Positions 1 through 5,744 of a DNA stretch of 7,747 nucleotides are shown here, piece after piece; within the stretch, counting starts at the first letter, position 1; each line of letters begins with the position of its first letter. A model generated the notes under the pieces. The model saw only the letters and a program-made list of their open reading frames with translations, was not told where the DNA came from and searched no databases. This DNA comes from a virus (Duplodnaviria > Heunggongvirae > Uroviricota > Caudoviricetes), in IMG/VR virus record IMGVR_UViG_2548876946_000002, positions 1 to 7,747 of that record; one strand, 5' to 3'. The position numbers and the translations under genes are program-made.

Positions 1-309
1 GATTCCGTCATGTACATTGACAAGAAAGCCTTTGGCATCCTCCTCAGCTACTACGCTCATGGTTCATCTAAGCGAGCAATTGCATCCTACTATCACGCGA
101 CTGCAAAGCCACGCAAGATGTGTGGACGTGGTGGCGAGGGATGGAGAAAACCTTCACTGGCAACCTGTAGAAACGAAATTGACGACATCCTGAAAGCGTC
201 GTTATTTGTTTTGTACCAGCCAATGCAAAATGCTTTCAAAATGCGTAAACGTGTTGAGAAAGTTAAGCATGTTGCTGTTAAAAGCCTTGACATGCAATTA
301 TCCATTTAG
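1..309 (+). CDS. Q-like late antitermination protein, C-terminal part (5' end lies outside the window)
   Basis: Frame is open from base 1 (no in-frame stop before TAG at 307-309), so the gene starts upstream of the window. The C-terminal segment (LLSYYAHGSSKRAIASYY...EIDDILKA) resembles, from memory, the C-terminal region of Q21/Q933W-type antiterminators. Position directly upstream of a promoter/terminator pair and the lysis cassette matches a lambdoid Q gene. Family not verified by search. Confidence 0.5.
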   Translation, partial: DSVMYIDKKAFGILLSYYAHGSSKRAIASYYHATAKPRKMCGRGGEGWRKPSLATCRNEIDDILKASLFVLYQPMQNAFKMRKRVEKVKHVAVKSLDMQLSI

Positions 310-316
310 CCATAAT
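287..316 (+). promoter_or_regulatory. candidate sigma70 promoter, possible late promoter (pR'-like)
   Basis: TTGACA at 287-292, 18-bp spacer, CATAAT at 311-316; predicted start near 323-325. It overlaps the stop codon of the Q-like ORF and sits just upstream of the hairpin at 327-368. An alternative weaker candidate is TTGACG at 178-183 with TTATTT at 201-206. Confidence 0.3.
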
Positions 317-326
317 TAGAAGGTAA

Positions 327-368
327 GCTGCCGTTAGTGACTCTTAAGTTGCAACGGTGGCTTTTTTT
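327..368 (+). terminator. rho-independent terminator (tR'-like) downstream of the Q-like gene
   Basis: Stem 327-341 pairs with 348-361 (about 14 bp including G-U pairs and one bulged A at 336), loop TCTTAA, followed by TTTTTTT at 362-368. The sequence after it (GCACAACAGGTAAGAGCATTGA) resembles what I recall downstream of lambda tR'. Confidence 0.5.
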
Positions 369-501
369 GTTTGCACAACAGGTAAGAGCATTGAACCCGC
401 AGACCTCGCGGAATTGGTGAAAGGTGCCGCGCAGTGCTCTTATCGTTGTGGTGAAGCTCAATGGCGAGCTAGCAGATAGGCGACAGTGAAAATACTAGTC
501 A

Positions 502-576
502 TGTAGCTGACCGCCGCGCGTACTGCAATCGGCAGCGCACCGATGGAAGCCGGTTCGATTCCGGCCGCCACAACCC
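502..576 (+). other. tRNA-like element (degenerate tRNA or tRNA remnant; not a canonical tRNA)
   Basis: Perfect T-arm at 549-565: stem GCCGG/CCGGC with 7-nt loop TTCGATT. An anticodon-like arm at 528-544: stem ATCGG/CCGAT, loop CAGCGCA. However the acceptor stem pairs only 5 of 7 (502-508 with 566-572), the D-arm is poor, there is no U33, and no encoded CCA (3' end is ACCC). Confidence 0.3.
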
Positions 577-662
577 AAACTGAGCCGTAGCCACTGGCTA
601 TCCTGAATTCATCAGTGATAGTTACGCTGCGGCCTTCTACACATGACCTTCGTGAAAGCGGT

Positions 663-698
663 GGCAAGAGGTTGCGCTAACAACCTCCTGCCATTTTT
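663..698 (+). terminator. intrinsic terminator-like hairpin upstream of the holin gene
   Basis: GGCAAGAGGTTG (663-674) pairs with CAACCTCCTGCC (681-692) at 11 of 12 positions, loop CGCTAA, followed by ATTTTT (693-698). The reverse complement has no T-tract, so it is + strand specific. Confidence 0.4.
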
Positions 699-796
699 CC
701 CGTGCATATCGGTCACGAACAAATCTGATTACTAAACACAGTAGCCTGGATTTGTTCTATCAGTAATCGACCTTATTCCTAATTAAATAGAGCAAA

Positions 797-823
797 TCCC
801 CTTATTGGGGGTAAGACATGAAG
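797..823 (+). promoter_or_regulatory. sdi-type stem-loop and dual-start motif of the S holin gene
   Basis: CCCC (798-801) / GGGG (807-810) hairpin with loop TTATT lies immediately 5' of ATG-AAG-ATG (818-826). This matches the lambda S translational control region, where the two starts give the S107 antiholin and S105 holin. Confidence 0.6.
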
Positions 824-1141
824 ATGCCAGAAAAACATGACCTGTTAGCCGCCATTCTCGCGGCAAAGGAACAAGGCATCGGGGCAATCCTTGCGTTTGC
901 AATGGCGTACCTTCGCGGCAGATATAATGGCGGTGCGTTTACAAAAACAGTAATCGACGCAACGATGTGCGCCATTATCGCCTGGTTCATTCGTGACCTT
1001 CTCGACTTCGCCGGACTAAGTAGCAATCTCGCTTATATAACGAGCGTGTTCATCGGCTACATCGGTACTGACTCGATAGGTTCGCTTATCAAACGCTTCG
1101 CTGCTAAAAAAGCCGGAGTAGAAGATGGTGGAAATCAATAA
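818..1141 (+). CDS. S: class I holin S (lambda S-type, 107 aa, dual start Met1-Lys2-Met3)
   Basis: Translation [39 protein letters not shown]... is essentially identical to lambda S as I remember it, with three hydrophobic segments. Its last codons overlap the start of the next gene, as in lambda. Confidence 0.95.
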   Translation: MKMPEKHDLLAAILAAKEQGIGAILAFAMAYLRGRYNGGAFTKTVIDATMCAIIAWFIRDLLDFAGLSSNLAYITSVFIGYIGTDSIGSLIKRFAAKKAGVEDGGNQ

Positions 1142-1601
1142 TCAACGTAAGGCGTTCCTCGATATGCTGGCGTGGTCAGAGGGGACAGATAACGGACGTC
1201 AGAAAACCAGGAATCATGGTTATGACGTCATTGTTGGCGGAGAGCTATTCACTGATTACTCCGATCACCCTCGCAAACTTGTCACGCTAAACCCAAAACT
1301 CAAATCAACAGCAGCCGGACGTTACCAGCTTCTTTCCCGTTGGTGGGATGCCTATCGTAAGCAGCTTGGCCTGAAAGACTTCTCTCCGAAAAGCCAGGAC
1401 GCTGTGGCATTGCAACAGATTAAAGAGCGTGGCGCTTTACCGATGATTGACCGCGGTGATATCCGTCAGGCAATCGACCGTTGCAGTAATATCTGGGCTT
1501 CACTGCCGGGGGCTGGTTATGGTCAGTTCGAGCATAAGGCTGACAGCCTGATTGCAAAATTCAAAGAAGCGGGTGGGGCGGTCAGAGAGATTGAGGTATG
1601 A
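1125..1601 (+). CDS. R: endolysin R (lambda-type lytic transglycosylase, 158 aa)
   Basis: Translation [35 protein letters not shown]... is near-identical to lambda R, including the conserved Glu19. Start overlaps the S stop; stop overlaps the Rz start (ATGA at 1598-1601). Confidence 0.95.
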   Translation: MVEINNQRKAFLDMLAWSEGTDNGRQKTRNHGYDVIVGGELFTDYSDHPRKLVTLNPKLKSTAAGRYQLLSRWWDAYRKQLGLKDFSPKSQDAVALQQIKERGALPMIDRGDIRQAIDRCSNIWASLPGAGYGQFEHKADSLIAKFKEAGGAVREIEV

Positions 1602-2065
1602 GCAGAGTAACCGCGATTATCTCCGCTCTGGTTATCTGCATCATCGTCTGCCTGTCATGGGCGGTTAATCATTACCGTGATAACGCCATTACCTATAAAG
1701 AACAGCGTGATAAAAAAGTCAGTGAGCTGAAGCAGGCGAACGCCACCATTACTGACATGCAGCAGCGCCAGCGTGATGCTGATGCACTCGATGCTAAATA
1801 TACGAAGGAGTTAGCTGATGCGAAAGCTGAAAATGATGCTCTTCGGCGCAAGCTTGATAATGGTGGCAGGGTGCTCGTCAAAGGAAAATGCCCTGTGCCA
1901 GCCTCAGCCGAAACCTCCAGCGCCTCCGGCATGGGCAATGATGCCACCGTCGAACTCTCTCCAGTTGCTGGACGAAACGTTCTCGGTATCCGGGACGGAA
2001 TTATCCGCGACCAAACAGCACTGAGAACGCTTCAGGAATACATCTGGACGCAATGCCTTCGATGA
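1598..2065 (+). CDS. Rz: i-spanin Rz (inner-membrane spanin subunit, 155 aa)
   Basis: The first ~33 residues ([33 protein letters not shown]) match lambda Rz as recalled: an N-terminal transmembrane segment followed by a charged coiled-coil-like region. The C-terminal half is clearly divergent from lambda. Confidence 0.9.
   Translation: MSRVTAIISALVICIIVCLSWAVNHYRDNAITYKEQRDKKVSELKQANATITDMQQRQRDADALDAKYTKELADAKAENDALRRKLDNGGRVLVKGKCPVPASAETSSASGMGNDATVELSPVAGRNVLGIRDGIIRDQTALRTLQEYIWTQCLR
1818..2024 (+). CDS. Rz1: o-spanin Rz1 (outer-membrane lipoprotein, 68 aa), embedded in the +1 frame of Rz
   Basis: Strong SD AAGGAG at 1805-1810, 7 nt before ATG 1818. Signal peptide [19 protein letters not shown] with lipobox-like VAGC, then a proline-rich mature region ([11 protein letters not shown]). 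Lies entirely inside Rz, the classic embedded spanin arrangement. Confidence 0.8.
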   Translation: MRKLKMMLFGASLIMVAGCSSKENALCQPQPKPPAPPAWAMMPPSNSLQLLDETFSVSGTELSATKQH

Positions 2066-2239
2066 TAGCGATAATTCTACTCATCATCCTTCACATCTGG
2101 CTCTGTAGACAGGGTGGTGATCACTTCTGGAGTGAATCCAGATTAAACATCTCATTGCTGATGCTTGATGTTGAGCATCTGGCGCGCGGTAAGGGGCTGC
2201 GTTGAGATAAGAGCCAGTCATCACAAACACCAGGATTTA

Positions 2240-2265
2240 GCCTCGCATTCGCGGGGCTTTTTTAT
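2240..2265 (+). terminator. rho-independent terminator downstream of the lysis cassette
   Basis: GCCTCGC (2240-2246) pairs with GCGGGGC (2251-2257) as a 7-bp stem with one G-U, loop ATTC, followed by TTTTTTAT (2258-2265). Confidence 0.55.
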
Positions 2266-2410
2266 ATCTGCAACAAACGCGCTTCACACGCGCGACTTCT
2301 GAACACAGAACCTTTCAGGATGACCCTTGAGGATGCCGGTTTGGTTATCGGTGCCTTTCTGTGGGCCGGAATCCTGTGTGACAAGGTTCATCACTAAAAG
2401 GTGAGCACTG

Positions 2411-2953
2411 ATGAATTATCCAACTATCGTTAACGGCATCGATTTCCGAGAACTGATTTTTGTGGCAAACAACGATCCGGTTACAGATTCTTTTATGGTG
2501 GCAAAAGCATTTGGAAAGCTGCCGAAGAACGTGGTTCGTGACATTGAGCGAACCATAGAAGCTTGCCCTCCTGAGTTTGATACAAAGCTCAACTTTGAGC
2601 TTTGCTATAAAAACAATGAGTTACAGAATGGTAAGCCGCAAAAATTCTACCGTCTACGCAAGGATGGGTTGATGCTTTTGGTTATGTCCTACACCAAAAA
2701 AGAAGCAATGCGTATCAAAATTGCTTACATCAACGCATTTAACTGGATGTACGCCATGCTTCAGGTTGGTCATCGTCAATTTGAAGAAGAGAGAAATGCC
2801 GTAATGCTGGAGTACATGAAAGAGAAGGATGTTGCCAGCATGTCAGGTCGCCTGCTCAATCGCTGGGGAAAAATTAAGAAGCCTCAGCTACTGGCGAGAA
2901 TTGAACGCCTTGAACAGCACGGGCAAACCGTAATCCCCGGACTCACCAATTAA
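2411..2953 (+). CDS. rha: Rha-family phage regulatory protein (180 aa)
   Basis: The N-terminal ~110 residues (VTDSFMVAKAFGKLPKNVVRDIERTIE...FYRLRKDGLMLLVMSYTKKEAMRIKIAYINAFNWM) fit the Rha domain pattern as I recall it. SD AAGGTGA about 6 nt upstream of ATG 2411. A Rha-like gene between lysis and terminase genes is typical of P22-like phages. Confidence 0.8.
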   Translation: MNYPTIVNGIDFRELIFVANNDPVTDSFMVAKAFGKLPKNVVRDIERTIEACPPEFDTKLNFELCYKNNELQNGKPQKFYRLRKDGLMLLVMSYTKKEAMRIKIAYINAFNWMYAMLQVGHRQFEEERNAVMLEYMKEKDVASMSGRLLNRWGKIKKPQLLARIERLEQHGQTVIPGLTN

Positions 2954-3110
2954 CGGCAGTACCACGAAACAACCCAAGCCAGAAAGTGGGGAAATAACAC
3001 TGGCAGCCACTGAAAGATGAACCTCCTGCCTTATGGCAAAAAAGATTCTTTGTGGTGGCGGACTGATGGAAAGACATCTAATCAAGCAACCACTCCACAG
3101 GGTCATAATT

Positions 3111-3482
3111 ATGAACGACCAGCAAATCGAAAAAGAAATCGTTGAGAAAGGCAAAACGGCACCGCGAATCACCCCGCAGCACATCGAAGACGTGATTAAA
3201 AGCGAGCATTGCTTCACCGCATACGATGGTATTGGCGGAGAGGGCGCTATGGCGACATACAAATCCGCGCTTGATTTAACCGAAAGTCAGGAAGCATTAA
3301 AGCTTCTTACATTCTGCGTCCTGGTGCTGCGCAACGGCTTCACCGTCACCGGCGAAAGCGCCTGCGCCAGCCCGGAAAACTTCGACCCGGAGATCGGTCG
3401 CAAGATCGCCCGCGAAAATGCGGTGAATAAAATCTGGATGCTGGAAGGTTACTTGCTGAAGCAGAAGTTAAGCGAACAGTAG
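3111..3482 (+). CDS. hypothetical phage protein, probably N4 gp49 / Sf6 gp66 family (about 123 aa)
   Basis: Start chosen at ATG 3111 (AGGGT 7 nt upstream) rather than the longer ORF from ATG 3033, which has a CCTCC-rich upstream region and no SD. The motif LRNGFTVTGESACASPENFDPEIGRKIARENAVNKIW matches my recollection of the N4 gp49/Sf6 gp66 family; not verified. Confidence 0.65.
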   Translation: MNDQQIEKEIVEKGKTAPRITPQHIEDVIKSEHCFTAYDGIGGEGAMATYKSALDLTESQEALKLLTFCVLVLRNGFTVTGESACASPENFDPEIGRKIARENAVNKIWMLEGYLLKQKLSEQ

Positions 3483-3585
3483 TTATTACAAAAGCCATTC
3501 CCTACAGAGTGGCTTTGATAATGGCTTATACCCTACACGGGATAACTTAACTGATATCCCTTTTAACGGATAAACGGAGCCAACA

Positions 3586-3828
3586 ATGGCAGAGATTATT
3601 CCCATGACTGAAGAACAGAAATTCCAGTTAGAGATTTACAAACTGGTCATGAACCAGAACGCAGCCGCAGAAGAAGCATTTCAGTTCATTGGCACTGACG
3701 AACTGAAGCTTGAGCTATTCAAAATTCACTTCCAGTCAGGCGGCGCTAATTCAGATATCACGACCCGAACTATCGAAGCGGTGCGTAAATCGAAGGAAGC
3801 GTTAGACCTGTTCACTACCGGAGCGTAA
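3586..3828 (+). CDS. hypothetical small acidic protein (80 aa), function unknown
   Basis: SD ACGGAG about 7 nt upstream of ATG 3586; preceded by two hairpins at 3492-3517 and 3539-3560. No recognisable motif; mildly acidic. Sits in the slot between the Rha gene and the small terminase gene. Confidence 0.6.
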   Translation: MAEIIPMTEEQKFQLEIYKLVMNQNAAAEEAFQFIGTDELKLELFKIHFQSGGANSDITTRTIEAVRKSKEALDLFTTGA

Positions 3829-3907
3829 ACATGGCAACTCAAGGTTTCGACAACCCATCCAAATTCCGCGATGAATGGGATAAGCAAGCAGAAGGGAAAT
3901 AATCAAT

Positions 3908-4333
3908 ATGGCGACTGAGAAAAAGAATGTCGGTCGCCCTTCGGATTACCTGCCGGAGGTGGCTGATGATATCTGTGCGCTGCTTGCCTCCGGGGAAAGT
4001 CTGGTTAAGGTTTGCAAGCGCCCCGGCATGCCAGCAAAGGCTACTGTATTTCGCTGGCTGTCAGAGCATGACGAATTTAGAGACAAGTACGCGAAGGCAA
4101 CTGAGGCACGAGCTGATTCTATTTTCGAAGAGATATTCGAAATTGCTGACAATGCGATTCCAGATGCTGCTGAGGTGGCAAAGGCAAGACTTCGCGTTGA
4201 TACCCGCAAATGGGCGCTGGCCAGAATGAATCCCCGTAAGTATGGCGACAAGGTAACTAATGAGCTTGTCGGCAAAGACGGTGGCGCAATCCAGATTGAA
4301 ACATCACCGATGAGCACTCTATTCGGAAAATGA
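3908..4333 (+). CDS. terminase small subunit (Sf6 gp1-like, 141 aa)
   Basis: N-terminal motif GRPSDYLPEVADDICALLASGESLVKVCKRPGMPAKATVFRWL is the characteristic DNA-binding region of this terminase small subunit family. Its stop overlaps the start of the large terminase gene (ATGA at 4330-4333). Confidence 0.9.
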   Translation: MATEKKNVGRPSDYLPEVADDICALLASGESLVKVCKRPGMPAKATVFRWLSEHDEFRDKYAKATEARADSIFEEIFEIADNAIPDAAEVAKARLRVDTRKWALARMNPRKYGDKVTNELVGKDGGAIQIETSPMSTLFGK

Positions 4334-5742
4334 CCTCGATTAATCCTATCTTTGAACCGTTCATTGAGGCGCATCGCTACAAAGTCGCCAAAGGCGGTCG
4401 AGGTAGCGGTAAGTCATGGGCAATTGCGAGGCTGCTTGTTGAAGCGGCGCGTCGGCAGCCTGTGCGTATTCTCTGCGCTCGTGAACTGCAAAACAGTATC
4501 AGCGATTCGGTAATCCGGTTGCTTGAAGATACCATCGAGCGTGAAGGGTATTCGGCTGAGTTTGAAATTCAGCGCTCAATGATTCGTCATCTCGGAACGA
4601 ATGCTGAATTCATGTTCTACGGCATCAAAAACAACCCGACGAAGATTAAATCGCTCGAAGGCATTGATATCTGCTGGGTGGAAGAAGCGGAAGCGGTAAC
4701 GAAGGAATCATGGGACATCCTGATACCAACCATCCGCAAGCCGTTTTCCGAAATATGGGTGAGCTTCAACCCGAAAAATATCCTCGACGATACCTATCAG
4801 CGATTCGTTGTAAATCCTCCCGATGATATTTGCCTGCTGACGGTGAACTACACCGACAACCCGCACTTTCCTGAAGTTCTCCGTCTGGAGATGGAAGAGT
4901 GTAAACGCAGAAACCCGACACTGTATCGTCACATCTGGCTGGGTGAGCCGGTAAGCGCAAGTGATATGGCAATCATCAAACGTGAATGGCTTGAAGCTGC
5001 AACCGATGCGCACAAGAAACTCGGATGGAAAGCGAAAGGCGCTGTTGTTTCTGCGCATGACCCATCAGATACAGGGCCAGATGCTAAAGGTTATGCATCG
5101 CGTCACGGTTCGGTAGTTAAGCGCATTGCCGAAGGTCTGCTGATGGACATCAATGAAGGTGCTGACTGGGCAACTTCGCTGGCGATTGAAGACGGTGCTG
5201 ACCATTACCTGTGGGATGGTGATGGTGTTGGTGCCGGGCTACGCAGACAGACAACGGAAGCGTTCTCCGGCAAGAAAATCACCGCCACGATGTTCAAAGG
5301 CAGCGAATCGCCATTCGATGAAGATGCGCCGTATCAGGCCGGAGCATGGGCTGATGAAGTCGTACAGGGTGACAACGTTCGCACTATTGGCGATGTGTTC
5401 CGCAATAAGCGAGCGCAATTCTATTACGCGCTGGCTGACAGGCTGTATCTGACATATCGGGCGGTTGTCTACGGTGAGTATGCAGACCCAGACGACATGC
5501 TGAGTTTCGACAAAGAAGCGATAGGCGAGAAGATGCTGGAGAAGCTGTTTGCAGAACTGACGCAGATTCAGCGCAAATTCAATAACAACGGGAAGCTGGA
5601 GCTTATGACTAAGGTCGAAATGAAGCAGAAGCTCGGTATTCCATCTCCTAACCTGGCTGATGCGCTGATGATGTGTATGCATTGCCCGGCATTGGTCCGC
5701 GAAGAAACAGAAATATACGTTCCCTCATCCTCCGGTTGGTAA
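4330..5742 (+). CDS. terminase large subunit (Sf6 gp2-like, 470 aa)
   Basis: Walker A-like motif KVAKGGRGSGKSWAIARLL near the N-terminus, and an acidic C-terminal nuclease-domain region. Size and order (small terminase, large terminase, portal) match an Sf6-type packaging module. Confidence 0.95.
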   Translation: MTSINPIFEPFIEAHRYKVAKGGRGSGKSWAIARLLVEAARRQPVRILCARELQNSISDSVIRLLEDTIEREGYSAEFEIQRSMIRHLGTNAEFMFYGIKNNPTKIKSLEGIDICWVEEAEAVTKESWDILIPTIRKPFSEIWVSFNPKNILDDTYQRFVVNPPDDICLLTVNYTDNPHFPEVLRLEMEECKRRNPTLYRHIWLGEPVSASDMAIIKREWLEAATDAHKKLGWKAKGAVVSAHDPSDTGPDAKGYASRHGSVVKRIAEGLLMDINEGADWATSLAIEDGADHYLWDGDGVGAGLRRQTTEAFSGKKITATMFKGSESPFDEDAPYQAGAWADEVVQGDNVRTIGDVFRNKRAQFYYALADRLYLTYRAVVYGEYADPDDMLSFDKEAIGEKMLEKLFAELTQIQRKFNNNGKLELMTKVEMKQKLGIPSPNLADALMMCMHCPALVREETEIYVPSSSGW

Positions 5743-5744
5743 AC

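Noticed and set aside
93-305. Minus-strand ORF of 70 aa antisense to the Q-like gene
   Set aside because: It lies entirely within the better-supported + strand ORF. The same applies to the other minus-strand ORFs in the track (1693-1947, 2888-3262, 3946-4374, 4708-5058, 4766-4972, 5239-5682, 6315-6560, 7296-7679), which are antisense shadows of confidently assigned + strand genes.
358-390. Similarity between the flanks of the two intrinsic terminators (358-390 and 2254-2290), both followed by a TCTGCA(C)AACA-like motif
   Set aside because: The match is short and imperfect (about 7 of 11 positions after the T-tract) and may only reflect U-tract composition. Noted as a possible recombination scar but too weak to call a repeat.
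502-576. Calling this a functional tRNA gene
   Set aside because: Only the T-arm and an anticodon-like arm are convincing. Acceptor and D stems are mismatched, U33 is absent and there is no encoded CCA, so I report it as tRNA-like rather than as a tRNA.
458-667. Minus-strand ORF of 69 aa in the Q-to-S non-coding region
   Set aside because: It starts with TTG, has no recognisable SD, overlaps the tRNA-like element and the hairpin region, and its translation is Ala/Gly/Val/Ser-rich without features. It is more likely a chance ORF in structured non-coding DNA.
2066-2410. Expectation of lambda bor and cos/nu1 after Rz
   Set aside because: No ORF resembling Bor on either strand and no cos-like sequence. 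The region is instead followed by a Rha gene and a headful-type terminase, so the lambda layout does not apply here.
3033-3110. N-terminal extension of the gp66-like ORF from ATG 3033
   Set aside because: No SD upstream (the region is CCTCC-rich) and the extension (MAKKILCGGGLMERHL...) looks non-native. The ATG at 3111 with AGGGT 7 nt upstream gives a protein of typical family size.
3927-4229. Alternative-frame + strand ORF (100 aa) inside the small terminase gene
   Set aside because: It overlaps the strongly supported terminase small subunit frame and its translation is low-complexity. Similar alternative-frame ORFs inside the large terminase gene (5153-5452) and the portal gene (5770-5952, 6175-6372, 6613-6819) are rejected for the same reason.
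5673-5744. GTG-initiated 24-codon extension of the portal ORF overlapping the end of the large terminase gene
   Set aside because: The ATG at 5745 lies 2 nt after the terminase stop and gives a typical portal N-terminus (MAETLEK...). The extension comes from the ORF caller taking the longest frame.
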